DNA from: an uncultured Gaiellales bacterium
GTDB taxonomy: Bacteria; Actinomycetota; Thermoleophilia; RBG-16-64-13
Direction: 5' to 3'
NCBI GenBank assembly: GCA_964592075.1
Contig: CAZQDY010000006.1
Coordinates: forward strand, 3,942 to 67,941
DNA length: 64,000 nucleotides
The notes beneath the pieces were generated by a model. That model searched no databases. It saw nothing but the letters and a program-made list of their open reading frames with translations, and was not told where the DNA came from. Shown here piece by piece: positions 7,813-17,533 of this stretch. Position numbers and translations under genes: made by a program. Position 1 is the stretch's first letter, and each line of letters begins with the position of its first letter.

Positions 7813-10037
7813 GAGCGCTCCTCCAGTCCCGATTGCCGACCCTCAGGGCCGACCCGAGGCAGCCACTCCAGCCAGCGGGGCAGATACCAGTTCCGGCGGC
7901 CGAGCAGCGTCATCTGGGCCGGCATGACCATGGTGCGCACCACGGTCGCGTCGAGTGCTATGGCCACGGCCAGACCGAACCCTATCTGCTGGAACATGAC
8001 CAACTCCCCGCTCGCCATCCCTGCGAAGACGGCCACCATGATGAGCGCAGCGCCGGTGATGATGCCCGCAGTCGAGGAGACGCCGAACACCACCGCACCC
8101 CGGGTATCCCCGGTCTGGTCGTAGCGCTCGCGGATGCGGCTTATCAGGAACACCTGATAGTCCATGGAGAGCCCGAACAGCATGCAGAACTGCAAGATCG
8201 GCACCCAGGCGGTGATCTGCGGGGTCCGCTGGAAGCCGAACAGCTCCGCCCCCACCCCATACTGGAACACCAGCACCATGAGGCCGTAGGCGGCGCCCAC
8301 GCTGAGCAAGTTCATGGCCACGGCACAGATGGCCACCACCAACGATCGGAAGGCGATGAGCAGCAGCATGAACGACAGGCTGAGCACCACGGCGAACACG
8401 ATGGGGGTCATGCGATCCACGGTGGCCAGCAGGTCGGCGTAGTAGCCGGGGATGCCTCCCACCAGCACCTTGAGCGAAGTGCCGTCCACGGCGTCGGGAG
8501 CGATCTTCTTCCTGAGATCCACAACCGCCTGGTTCTCAGCCGCGCTGTCGGTGACGGCGCTGGTGAGCGCCAGCTTGAGCAGCCCGAAGTCCTGGGTCTC
8601 GTTCGTCTCGTAGCCCACCACCTCGTAGCGGCCGTCGGCCGTGGCGGCCTGCGTGAGACGGCCCACCGCCTCCTGCACATCAGAACTCTGCTGGTCGCCG
8701 TCGAGGGTGACGAGCAGGGGCGAGGTCAGTCCGGGTGAGAAGTCCTCGGCCAGGATCTCGTAGGCCTGACGTGTCAGGAGGCGGGGAGGCAGGTCGGCCG
8801 TGCCGGACTCGCCCCGCTCCAAGCCGAAGCCGGGCACCGTGAGCGCGATCAGTATGGCGGCCCCGATCACGAACGTCACGACCGGATGCCGCATGAGCGT
8901 CCGGGCCGCACGGCCCCAAGCCCCCTCTGTGGGCGACGCGGTCTGAGGCCGCCTGAAGGGGATGCGCAGGGCGTTCACCCGATCGCCCAAAAGGGAGAGC
9001 AAAGCGGGGAGCAGCGTCAACGCGGCCACGACCGACACGAACACCACCAGTATCATCCCGAGTCCCATGGCTATGGAGATCGAGAGCGGAGCTATCAGCA
9101 GACCGGTCAGGGCTACGATCACGGTGAAGCCGCTGAACAGCACGGCCCGGCTCGCGGTGGCTCCCGACCGTCCCACGGCGTTGACCACACTGAGCCCGGC
9201 CGCCCGCTCCTCGCGGAAGCGAGAAAGGGTGAAAAGAGCGTAATCGATACCCACGGCTAGTCCCATCAACACGATGACGTTGGTCACGAACACCGACAGG
9301 TCGAATGCCTGAGCGAGCAGGTAGATCACCGCCAGCGTCACTACTATGGAGGCCAGGGCCAGGACGAACGGCACTCCGGCGGCCACGACGGCCCCGAACA
9401 CGACCAGGAGGATGACCACAGCGATGGGGATGCCGATGAGCTCGCCGCGGGTGAGGTCGCTACCCGCCAGGGCGGTGATCTCGTGCCCCAGAGTCCAGCC
9501 CCCGATCACGGCCACGGTGTACCCCTGCGGCGCCAACCGCTCGTTCGCCTCCTGGATGAGTTCGTGAAGCGCCTGGGCGTGCTCCATGGTCTCGCCGCCG
9601 GAGCTCAGAGTGACCGGTATGAGCGTGGTGCGCCGGTCGGACGAGAGCAAGGCGCCCGCCTCCTCGCCGCCACCAGCGTTCGCGACATCGTAGTAGCTCA
9701 TCGCCCACGCGACGTGCCGGGAACCGAGCTTGGCGATGGCGCTCCGCAGATCCTGCACCACGGTCTGCATGGCCGGATCGTCCACCGTGCCGTTGGAACT
9801 CCGCACGATGACCATCTCGGGCTGGATGTCTCCGCTCGGCATGCGCTCGTCGATGAGCGCCTGGGCCTGGTCGCTCTCCGGGTTGTTGGTGAAGGAGTCT
9901 TCAGTGGAGAGGCTTCCCGAGAGCAGGATGACCGCGGCGATGGAGCATGCGACCACGACGGCCCAGATCGCCACCGTGAGCCAGGGCCGGCGCGCGCAGA
10001 GTCTCGCTATCCGTTCGGTGAGTGACACACGAGCCAC
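7809..10037 (-). CDS. MMPL family RND-type transporter
   Basis: 742 aa; two 6-TM blocks separated by periplasmic domains; typical MMPL N-terminus MARVSLTERIARLCARRPWLTVAIWAVVVA…. Confidence 0.9.
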   Translation of the reverse strand: MARVSLTERIARLCARRPWLTVAIWAVVVACSIAAVILLSGSLSTEDSFTNNPESDQAQALIDERMPSGDIQPEMVIVRSSNGTVDDPAMQTVVQDLRSAIAKLGSRHVAWAMSYYDVANAGGGEEAGALLSSDRRTTLIPVTLSSGGETMEHAQALHELIQEANERLAPQGYTVAVIGGWTLGHEITALAGSDLTRGELIGIPIAVVILLVVFGAVVAAGVPFVLALASIVVTLAVIYLLAQAFDLSVFVTNVIVLMGLAVGIDYALFTLSRFREERAAGLSVVNAVGRSGATASRAVLFSGFTVIVALTGLLIAPLSISIAMGLGMILVVFVSVVAALTLLPALLSLLGDRVNALRIPFRRPQTASPTEGAWGRAARTLMRHPVVTFVIGAAILIALTVPGFGLERGESGTADLPPRLLTRQAYEILAEDFSPGLTSPLLVTLDGDQQSSDVQEAVGRLTQAATADGRYEVVGYETNETQDFGLLKLALTSAVTDSAAENQAVVDLRKKIAPDAVDGTSLKVLVGGIPGYYADLLATVDRMTPIVFAVVLSLSFMLLLIAFRSLVVAICAVAMNLLSVGAAYGLMVLVFQYGVGAELFGFQRTPQITAWVPILQFCMLFGLSMDYQVFLISRIRERYDQTGDTRGAVVFGVSSTAGIITGAALIMVAVFAGMASGELVMFQQIGFGLAVAIALDATVVRTMVMPAQMTLLGRRNWYLPRWLEWLPRVGPEGRQSGLEERS

Positions 10038-10075
10038 GGTCTCCCCCCGGGACTCTCACTGCCAAGGTCCGCAAA

Positions 10076-10822
10076 CTAGCACACGCATCCGGTCTTGTTG
10101 AAGCCCTTGATTATCAGCCACACAGCCAGCACCATCTCCTGCACGCCGATGGGGGCGTTCAGCACCGAGTTCAGGGTGGTGAGACCGAAGTCCTGGGTGA
10201 AAGCAGAGTAGACGGTCGCCGCCAGGGACACCACGACGCCCACGAGACCCCATCCCGAGAGCCACCGGGGAACCACTCTCCACCTGTACATCAGGTAGTA
10301 GTACGTCAGAGCGCCCATGAGGAACGGGATCAGGCTCACGTAGCCGTGACACCAGTCGCGCAGGCCCACGAGCAGCTCCCCCGAGGCAGAGAACGCCGAT
10401 GGATCGGCGGACCCGGCAGCCTTCTGGCCCAGGGTGAGAAGCGTGAGCAGGCCGAGCGTGCCCACGACGACGACCACGCCTTCGGCCACGCGGCAACACG
10501 CCGCCCCCAAGGCCGACCCCCGGTTGTGTCTCCTGAGGACCGGGTAGAGGGCGACGGCAATGGCGGCGCCGGTGATCGCCCAGATGAGCTCGATGATGGA
10601 GCCGACGATCACCCTGCCGTCATGCGCCGCCAGCTGATTGAGGTAGTCGGAAGCGTCAAGGAGCGAGCCGGTGGGGAGCGCACTCAGGATGGCCGCGGCC
10701 GAGCAGGCGATGAAGAGTATCCCGACGGCGACGGCGGTCTTGCGGTGCAGGGAAGCCGAGGACGGCAGAGCCGGCGAGGGTTGTGAGGGCTGCAAGGGTG
10801 ACGGGTTCATCCTATTCTCCAT
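10076..10822 (-). CDS. DUF4386-like integral membrane protein
   Basis: 248 aa, multi-pass hydrophobic translation (…IACSAAAILSALPTGSLLDASDYLNQLAAHDGRVIVGSIIELIWAITGAAIAVALYPVLRRHN…). Confidence 0.6.
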   Translation of the reverse strand: MENRMNPSPLQPSQPSPALPSSASLHRKTAVAVGILFIACSAAAILSALPTGSLLDASDYLNQLAAHDGRVIVGSIIELIWAITGAAIAVALYPVLRRHNRGSALGAACCRVAEGVVVVVGTLGLLTLLTLGQKAAGSADPSAFSASGELLVGLRDWCHGYVSLIPFLMGALTYYYLMYRWRVVPRWLSGWGLVGVVVSLAATVYSAFTQDFGLTTLNSVLNAPIGVQEMVLAVWLIIKGFNKTGCVC

Positions 10823-11075
10823 TCTTGGTGGGTTGTGGCGTCTTGCCGGGTTCTACGCGCTCTACCGAGACCAGCGGCAGGCCCAGGTCGCGTACCTTCT
10901 TCAATAGCCCGTGCAGTGCGGCCTGATCGACGACGGGGCCGCCCAGGAGGGTGCAGCCGTCGTCCTCCAAGGTGACGTCCAGGCCGCAGAACCAGTCCCC
11001 CCAGGCGCTGTCGAGATGGCCCTCGACCCTGATCCGCTCAGCGTGGTCCGTCGTACTTCCGCGGTGGCTTGACAC
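10812..11075 (-). CDS. small conserved hypothetical protein
   Basis: 87-aa ORF ending …GGPVVDQAALHGLLKKVRDLGLPLVSVERVE…; overlaps the DUF4386 start by 11 nt (co-transcription likely); start uncertain. Confidence 0.4.
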   Translation of the reverse strand: MSSHRGSTTDHAERIRVEGHLDSAWGDWFCGLDVTLEDDGCTLLGGPVVDQAALHGLLKKVRDLGLPLVSVERVEPGKTPQPTKNGE

Positions 11076-11401
11076 CGTTACCAGCCCTCATCGTCGCTGT
11101 AGCCGTTCGTCGCGCTTCCTTGAGGAGCATAGGAGCACTGGGCGAGGGCGTCATCGTTCGGAAGAACTAATCGAGGGAACTATTCGAACCGATCGATCGA
11201 CTCAGTCGACCGCCGAGACCGGTCGTTGGCCGGAGCGAGAGCCCAGTCGGCAGGGACGATGGTGCGAAGCGCCATACCTGAGCGCGGCCGGCAGGTCCCC
11301 AAGCCCACCGCCGCTTCATTGCAGCGTCGCCGCCCGGAAGAGGCAGGAGGTCCTCCGCACGACCGTGATCATACTCACGGCGCCCCGACACGCCAACGTG
11401 G

Positions 11402-14191
11402 TCAGAGACGAGGCAGGATGCCCAGTTCCCTCGCTCTCGCGACAGCCCCCGTGCGGTTTTGGGCGTCGAGCTTGCCGTAGATGGTGCGGGCGTGCGCCTT
11501 GACCGTGTAAGGCGAGAGATACAGCCGGGTAGCGATCTCCTGGTTCGTGAGGCCCGCGGCGATGAGTCCCAGCACCTCCACCTCGCGCCGGCTCAGACGT
11601 CCGGCATCCACGGGCGGAGCGCCCTCGGGGCCGGCGCCTTCGGGCGCGGCCACGAAGAATGCCGCCAGCACGCGCCTCGCGCTCTCCGGTGCGACGTGGC
11701 CCGTGGAGGCTTTCTCGAGAAGCACGGCCATGGGCGGCCCCTCATCCACGAACACCCGCACATGACCCTCCGGTTCCGCCAGCAGGAGGGCGCGCTCCAG
11801 CGAGGCGAGCGCCGCCTCAGTATCGCCGGCCGCTTCGAGGGCGAGCGCCTGCAGCGCCAGTATCTCGATGACGCTCGCCACCCTCCCTCCATTCTCGGCG
11901 GCCTGCAGGAGTCTCTCCAAGAGTCCCTCTGCCTCGTTGGCACTCGACTCGCTCGTCCCACGGCGGCGGACGGTGCTCAGCACGCGGGCCAGCGTGATGT
12001 GCTCGAATTCACTCAGGAAGCTCGGCGGGGCATCAACGGGCAGGCCCCGCTCGCGCACCCACTCCAGAGCCTCGGCGACTCTCCCCTGCGCGACGTGGAT
12101 CCGCGCCTTCTTGGCCGCTACGGGATCAAGGTCGGGCCGGGCGGTGGTGATGAACGCCCGCTGCGCTTCGTCCAGATGGCCGAGGGCGGCCTCCAGATCA
12201 CCGCGTGCCTGGCTGAGCCGAGCCTGGGCGATGTGCCACCGGTTGCGCCAGACCGGCAGCATCGCCTGCTCGCCCAACTCCCGACTCGTCTGGAAGTGTC
12301 TCACGGCGCCGGCCAGATCACCCCGCTCGAGGCAGATCTCCCCGAGACCCCGGTACAGGTCGGCCGCGTCCGAAGGTAGCGGGCTTCCCTGGACAGTCAC
12401 CGACCGCAGCATCTCTTGAAGGACCCTCTCGGCGCCGCCGAGGCGGCCCCGCGCAACCCGGATATCGACCACCACCATCAGGGCGCTGATCGCGCCGGCG
12501 AAATCGCCGGCCGACCGCAGCCTCCGCACGACATCCATGAAGGTCCGGTCGGCTACCTCCAGATCTCCGTTGACCCAGGACGCCATGGCGAGGAGCGCGG
12601 TGGCCTCAGTGCGCCGGATATGGTCCCCCTCAGGCAGGAAGTCGAGCACCTGCTGCGCGTGCTCCACCGTCCCGATCGCGTCGCCCCGCGCCTGGGCGAC
12701 GTAGGACCGAGCTATGCCTATGGAAGCCGGCAGTAGCCGGAACTGCTCTTCATCGACCACCACCATGCCGGGGCTATGTCGCGGCTCGACCGGAGTTTCC
12801 GAACGGTCGACCCGTCTTCTCGCGGCCTCCGCCGGCTCCAACCAGCGCTCGGCATCCGCCAGTCGGGTCTCGGCCCCCTCCAGATCGCCGCTTCCCAGAA
12901 GCGCATGGGCATACCAGACGCTGAGCACGGGTCTGACTTGCACCGATTCCTCCGGCAAGCCCCGAGCCCAACGCAACCAGGCCGCGATCTCGCCGCCCTC
13001 GTTCGCGGGAGGTCCTGTCAGCTCGAGCAGGTCGGCGGCGCGATCATAGTCCTTGGCCAACAGGGAGTGGCGGATCGCGGCGGGCCGCATACCCTCCCGT
13101 TCATACCACTCGCTCGCGCGTCGGTGCAGGACGGACACCTGATCCAGCCGTTCGTCCAGCAGGCGCACCCGCAGGACGTCTGCAAACAGATGGTGGTAGC
13201 GATACCAGCGGCGCTCGTCATCCAGCGGGAGGACGAACAGGTTGCCCCTTTCCAGCTCCTCGACCATGCCCCTGCCGCCCTTCCGTCCGGTGACCGCATC
13301 GCAGAGTGGACCGCACAGACTCTCGAGCACGGACGTTTGTAGCAGGAAGTCGCGAACGCGCTCTGACTGACTCTTCAGTATCTCCTCGACGAGGTAGTCC
13401 AACACAAAACGGTGGCTTCCGGTGAAGGAACGGATGAAAGCGGCCGTATCCGGGCGATGCCCTGCGTCGGCCGCGCCCTGCAAGGCGAGCGCGGCCATAT
13501 GCAGGCCGGCGATCCAGCCCTCGGTGCGGGTTTCCAGCGCCCTGACATCTGCTTCGGAGAAGTCCAAGCCCATCGTGTGATTGAGGAACTCAGCGGCTTC
13601 AGCCGAGCTGAAGCGCAGCTCGGCCGCGCGCAGGCGGGCCAGCGGCAGGTCGGGGTCCTCACGGGTGGCGACGATCACGTGCATCTGCCGCGGCAGGTGC
13701 TCTAACATGTAGCGAAGCACTTGGTCAACCTCGACGGAGTCGACTAGGTGGTAGTCATCGAGGACCAGCACGAGCCTGCCCGTGACCGCAGCGACGTCGT
13801 TCAGCAAGAACGTCAGCACCGACTCGAGGGGCGTGGTTGGGGAGGATTCCAGGGCGCGCAACGCCCCTTGCCCTGTACCCGCCGCGACCCTCTGCAGAGC
13901 GGCGATCATATAGGTGAGGAATCGCACAGGCTCACCGTCCCCCTCGTCGAGCGAGAGCCAAGCGACGCGCACATCCGGCTCCGACCCTGCGCGCTGAGCC
14001 ACCCACTCGCCGACTGCAGTGGTCTTCCCGAACCCTGCCGGGGCGGAGACGAGAGTGATTCTTCCCTTCAGGCCCTCATCCAACCAGGCCAGCAATCGGG
14101 GACGCGGCACCAGACCTTGGCGAGGTGACGGGACGAACAACTTGGTGGCAAGGATGGGCGTGGACATGAGGCCATTGTAGAACACGCCCAC
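11402..14191 (-). CDS. LuxR-family transcriptional regulator with N-terminal AAA/STAND ATPase (LAL/MalT-like)
   Basis: Walker A LVSAPAGFGKTT; long TPR-like middle; C-terminal LuxR HTH …REVEVLGLIAAGLTNQEIATRLYLSPYTVKAHARTIYGKLDAQNRTGAVARARELGIL. Confidence 0.9.
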   Translation of the reverse strand: MGVFYNGLMSTPILATKLFVPSPRQGLVPRPRLLAWLDEGLKGRITLVSAPAGFGKTTAVGEWVAQRAGSEPDVRVAWLSLDEGDGEPVRFLTYMIAALQRVAAGTGQGALRALESSPTTPLESVLTFLLNDVAAVTGRLVLVLDDYHLVDSVEVDQVLRYMLEHLPRQMHVIVATREDPDLPLARLRAAELRFSSAEAAEFLNHTMGLDFSEADVRALETRTEGWIAGLHMAALALQGAADAGHRPDTAAFIRSFTGSHRFVLDYLVEEILKSQSERVRDFLLQTSVLESLCGPLCDAVTGRKGGRGMVEELERGNLFVLPLDDERRWYRYHHLFADVLRVRLLDERLDQVSVLHRRASEWYEREGMRPAAIRHSLLAKDYDRAADLLELTGPPANEGGEIAAWLRWARGLPEESVQVRPVLSVWYAHALLGSGDLEGAETRLADAERWLEPAEAARRRVDRSETPVEPRHSPGMVVVDEEQFRLLPASIGIARSYVAQARGDAIGTVEHAQQVLDFLPEGDHIRRTEATALLAMASWVNGDLEVADRTFMDVVRRLRSAGDFAGAISALMVVVDIRVARGRLGGAERVLQEMLRSVTVQGSPLPSDAADLYRGLGEICLERGDLAGAVRHFQTSRELGEQAMLPVWRNRWHIAQARLSQARGDLEAALGHLDEAQRAFITTARPDLDPVAAKKARIHVAQGRVAEALEWVRERGLPVDAPPSFLSEFEHITLARVLSTVRRRGTSESSANEAEGLLERLLQAAENGGRVASVIEILALQALALEAAGDTEAALASLERALLLAEPEGHVRVFVDEGPPMAVLLEKASTGHVAPESARRVLAAFFVAAPEGAGPEGAPPVDAGRLSRREVEVLGLIAAGLTNQEIATRLYLSPYTVKAHARTIYGKLDAQNRTGAVARARELGILPRL

Positions 14192-14426
14192 CGGCGCGCC
14201 TGCGCAGCCGCCTCTCTCAATCCCAGCGGAAAAGCCAGACGGTCAGGGCGAAGGCCCCGGCGATGACGCCTCCAAGGTCACTTCGAGCCAGTTCACTCCC
14301 AGGCCGTCATGCGTCCTGCAGGGCCACCGCCGCGCAGTACAGCGGCAGCGCGCGTGTCACTCCCGGTCATTGTGTTCCTCTCACCCTAAGACCGCATCGC
14401 GGGCGTCCCATCCTTGGGCCGGCCGT

Positions 14427-14897
14427 TCAGTCCCGGGGTCTTCCGCAGTACACGCACTCCGTCCTGTGCACGCAGATCACGCCGCCACAACCCGGGCACG
14501 TCCACCGGACCCTCTCCCGCGAAACGAACTCGTCGAGCCCCAGCTCTCGGATGGCGGCCAGGTTCTCCAGCATGCTCATGCCGTACTTGGTGCGGTAGCG
14601 CTTGTCGAGCTGCTTCATCCGGGTGCAGGGGTACTTGGCGCACACGAAGCAAAACGCCTGCTCGGCCGGCGCTGCCCCGGCGCCCGCAGGCTTCGCGCCT
14701 GCGAACTCCAGGCAGTTCTTGACCCGGCAGGCCCTACACGACTGGGGCTTGCCGGCATCACCCCCGCCACAGCCCGGGCACACGTTCTTCTCCTTGGCGT
14801 CTCTGAGGAAACCCATGCAGATGGCGCAGTTCATGCCGCAGGGCGCGATCATGGTCGGGTCGATGACTTCTGGGCTCCTCTTCTCCCCGAACCTCAT
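14427..14897 (-). CDS. DUF3795-like cysteine-rich protein
   Basis: Start at MRFGEKRSPEVIDPTMIAPCGMNCAICMGF…CPGCGGG…CRACRVKNC…CFVCAKYPC…CPGCGG…CVYCG. Confidence 0.55.
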   Translation of the reverse strand: MRFGEKRSPEVIDPTMIAPCGMNCAICMGFLRDAKEKNVCPGCGGGDAGKPQSCRACRVKNCLEFAGAKPAGAGAAPAEQAFCFVCAKYPCTRMKQLDKRYRTKYGMSMLENLAAIRELGLDEFVSRERVRWTCPGCGGVICVHRTECVYCGRPRD

Positions 14898-14937
14898 CGC
14901 GGCACCAGTTCCTCCCCTAGTCGACAGTGCTCGTTCA

Positions 14938-15819
14938 TCACCCACTCGAGGCCGCGGCTGCACCAACGTGGGACCCGGGACGTGGCCCCAGGAACTCCGC
15001 CACGGCTTGCCCGAACGCTTGAGGCTCCTCCACGAACGGGCTGTGCCCGCTGTTGTCGAAGACGACAAGGCGCGCCTCCGGCAGCAGATCGCGGAGCTGT
15101 TCGGCCATCTGCAGCGGTGTCTGCGGGTCGTGGCGCCCGTAGAGGAGCAACACGGGTATCTCGATGCCGGGCAGCCCTGGCACCAGGTCATAGTGACGCA
15201 CGTTGCGCTGCCACTCTACCCGGGATGGGGCCGGACGTCCGCGGTCGCCCGGCGCGATGCTCCATTGTGGCGCGAGTGTGGTGTCTACGTATGAGGCCTT
15301 CTCGACCGCGTTCGAGAGCTCTTTGTGGACGGCCAGATCATCCCATCCTAGGACGGTCCTGGTCCCGTACCAGCCAACCTCCCACCATTCGCGGTCGCGC
15401 CACCAGCGCCAGTTGTGGGGCATACCCCAGCGCTTCACTGCCGGGAAGCCCGAGAGTGCGCCCACGAGAACGAGCCGGCGCACCATGCTGGGCACATCAA
15501 CAGCGAGCGCGAGGGCGCAGAAGGCACCCATGCTATGGCCGGCCACGTCCAAGGGCTCGTCCACACCTAGATGCCCCACCGTCTCTCGCGCACACGCCAC
15601 CATCTCGTCGAGGGTGGAGAGGCCCGGACGCTCGGAAGCATAGGCGCCCGGCGGATCGAAGGTGATCACGCTCCGTCCACACCGCAGAAGCACCTCGACG
15701 AGCGAGCCTTCGGCCATGCTGGAGACCGTCATCGCATGCGGGTAGGGGAACACCAGCAGGGGCTCGCCCTCCCCCACGCGGTACATGGCCAGTCCGTCGC
15801 GGATGGTCGTCGGTAGCAC
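14938..15819 (-). CDS. alpha/beta hydrolase fold protein
   Basis: Nucleophile elbow GHSMGA; C-terminal …DNSGHSPFVEEPQAF…; about 290 aa. Confidence 0.8.
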   Translation of the reverse strand: MLPTTIRDGLAMYRVGEGEPLLVFPYPHAMTVSSMAEGSLVEVLLRCGRSVITFDPPGAYASERPGLSTLDEMVACARETVGHLGVDEPLDVAGHSMGAFCALALAVDVPSMVRRLVLVGALSGFPAVKRWGMPHNWRWWRDREWWEVGWYGTRTVLGWDDLAVHKELSNAVEKASYVDTTLAPQWSIAPGDRGRPAPSRVEWQRNVRHYDLVPGLPGIEIPVLLLYGRHDPQTPLQMAEQLRDLLPEARLVVFDNSGHSPFVEEPQAFGQAVAEFLGPRPGSHVGAAAASSG

Positions 15820-15825
15820 GTGACT

Positions 15826-16059
15826 CTACCTCTGGCAGCGGGGCAGAGCGCCCTTGCGACCATGATACGCCGTGCACAGAAGGCACTCGCCGTGAAGCGT
15901 GCACTTCTTGGGGCAGGGGCACTCGTCGAAGCCACGCTCACCGGGGGTGATGAGGGTGCCGTGCGGTACCTTGTCCAGGTTCGCGAGGGCGATGGCGCGC
16001 TTCTTGTCCCCGGCTATGACGCACCCTCCGCCGCCGGCTCGCGCCCAGGCGCGAGACAC
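15826..16059 (-). CDS. small cysteine-rich protein (CxCx3Cx5Cx2C), function unknown
   Basis: …PGERGFDECPCPKKCTLHGECLLCTAYHGRKGALPRC…; GTG start; sits between argC and the hydrolase; no family recognised. Confidence 0.35.
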   Translation of the reverse strand: MSRAWARAGGGGCVIAGDKKRAIALANLDKVPHGTLITPGERGFDECPCPKKCTLHGECLLCTAYHGRKGALPRCQR

Positions 16060-16132
16060 CTGTCCATGACGTCCTCCAGCCTGCCGACCTCGCCCCGTTC
16101 CATGACTCCCCCGGCCGGTGTCTGCGAGACCA

Positions 16133-17311
16133 TCAGTACGGGTGCAGCCCGTACCGCGTGAGCCCCGTCTTCTCGTCGAGCCCGAACAGCAGGTTCAGGT
16201 TCTGCACGCCGGCGTGTGCGCCGCCCTTCCCGACACTATCCAGAACGCTGAACACCACGATACGGCCGCGCCTCTCGTCCACCTCGAGACCGATGTGGCA
16301 GAAGTTGGTCCCCGACACCGCCGACACCCAGGGGTAAGGAGCGTACTGCCAGCTCGCGCCCGGCTCGCGCGGCATGTCGAAGACCCGCACGAAGAATTCG
16401 TCCTGGTAGAACTCCCGGTAGACGCCCAGTACCTCCTCGCGTGCGACCGGCCGCACGGGGAAGCAGTGGCAGATGGCCAGGATGCCCCGAGTGATGGGCA
16501 CGTACGATGAGGTGAAGTGCACCGTGACACCTGCCGCCGCTGCGGTCGCGGCGCCGCCCGAGGCCGCCCCGGCCGCAGACCCAGCAGCCGCGCCCGTCCC
16601 CGCCGCGGCGCCGGTCGCCACTAGGCCCAGCTCCTGCTCCATCTCGTAGGTATGGCGATGATCGACCACGTTGTAGGGCACCACGTTGTTGCCGATCTCT
16701 GGATGGTGCAGCGGCGTGTCGAGTTCGGCGCCCGCGCCGGCTGTGCCTGACAGGCCGTCGACGATGATGCGGCCGTTGTCCACCAGCCCCGCCTTCACCA
16801 GCGGCGCCATCCCCAGGATGGCCGCCGACGCGAAACACCCAGGATTGGCGACGACTCTCGCCTCTCTGGTGGCCTCGCGATGGAGCTCGGGGATGCCGTA
16901 GACCGCCTCCTCGGCTACATCGGGGCAGGCGTGCTGCTTGCCGTAGACGCGTTCCCAGTCGGCCAGATCTCTCAACCGGAAATCGGCGCCCAGGTCGATG
17001 ATCTTCGTGTCCTGCTCCAGGAAGTACTGGGCCAGTTGCATGGGCGTCCCCGTGGGCACGGCGAAGAAGACGGCGTCGCAGGGAGTGATCTCCTCGGGCC
17101 GCACCAGCTTGAGGTCTGAACCGTAGAAGTTGCGGTGGAGGTGCCCCAGAGGCTTGTCGCCCCGACTGGTCGCCCAGACCACCTTGACGCCGGGGTGTTC
17201 GCTGAGCACGCGCAGGGCCTCGCCGCCCATGTAGCCGGAGGCCCCGTACACGCCGACCTCGATAGTGGCGGGATCGCCTCCGCCCCTCACCCAGCTCCGT
17301 TTCGACTTCAT
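16133..17311 (-). CDS. argC: N-acetyl-gamma-glutamyl-phosphate reductase family protein (ArgC/LysY) with an Ala/Gly-rich insertion
   Basis: Catalytic-Cys region ANPGCFASAAILGMAPL, NAD-binding N-terminus; roughly 30-aa insertion ATGAAAGTGAAAGSAAGAASGGAATAAAAG; no arg/lys partner genes adjacent. Confidence 0.8.
   Translation of the reverse strand: MKSKRSWVRGGGDPATIEVGVYGASGYMGGEALRVLSEHPGVKVVWATSRGDKPLGHLHRNFYGSDLKLVRPEEITPCDAVFFAVPTGTPMQLAQYFLEQDTKIIDLGADFRLRDLADWERVYGKQHACPDVAEEAVYGIPELHREATREARVVANPGCFASAAILGMAPLVKAGLVDNGRIIVDGLSGTAGAGAELDTPLHHPEIGNNVVPYNVVDHRHTYEMEQELGLVATGAAAGTGAAAGSAAGAASGGAATAAAAGVTVHFTSSYVPITRGILAICHCFPVRPVAREEVLGVYREFYQDEFFVRVFDMPREPGASWQYAPYPWVSAVSGTNFCHIGLEVDERRGRIVVFSVLDSVGKGGAHAGVQNLNLLFGLDEKTGLTRYGLHPY
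16500..16620. repeat. GC-rich low-complexity tract encoding the Ala/Gly insertion inside argC
   Basis: Sequence …gccgccgctgcggtcgcggcgccgcccgaggccgccccggccgcagacccagcagccgcgcccgtccccgccgcggcgccggtcgcc…. Confidence 0.5.
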
Positions 17312-17330
17312 TTCAGCGACCTCTCCAACG

Positions 17331-17533
17331 CTAGAGGACCTTGCGATAGTACACGGCCGACTCCTCGTATCCGATCGACTGGTGGAACTCGGCCGCCCGC
17401 CGCGTCGCCAACGCTACCACCTTCCCCCCTTGGAGAGGACCCACCGCTCGAAGCCCGCCACCAGAACGCGCGCGTCGTCACGCTCGAGCAAGGCGGGCAG
17501 GATCCTGCCGACGAGAAGCTCGAGCTGGATCAT
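17331..17533 (-). pseudogene. GNAT acetyltransferase remnant (N-terminally truncated, frameshift at a C/G run)
   Basis: ATG at 17533-17531 is ATGA-coupled to the methyltransferase stop; reads MIQLELLVGRILPALLERDDARVLVAGFERWVLSKGG then shifts frame at cttcccccct to …VVALATRRAAEFHQSIGYEESAVYYRKVL*. Confidence 0.3.
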
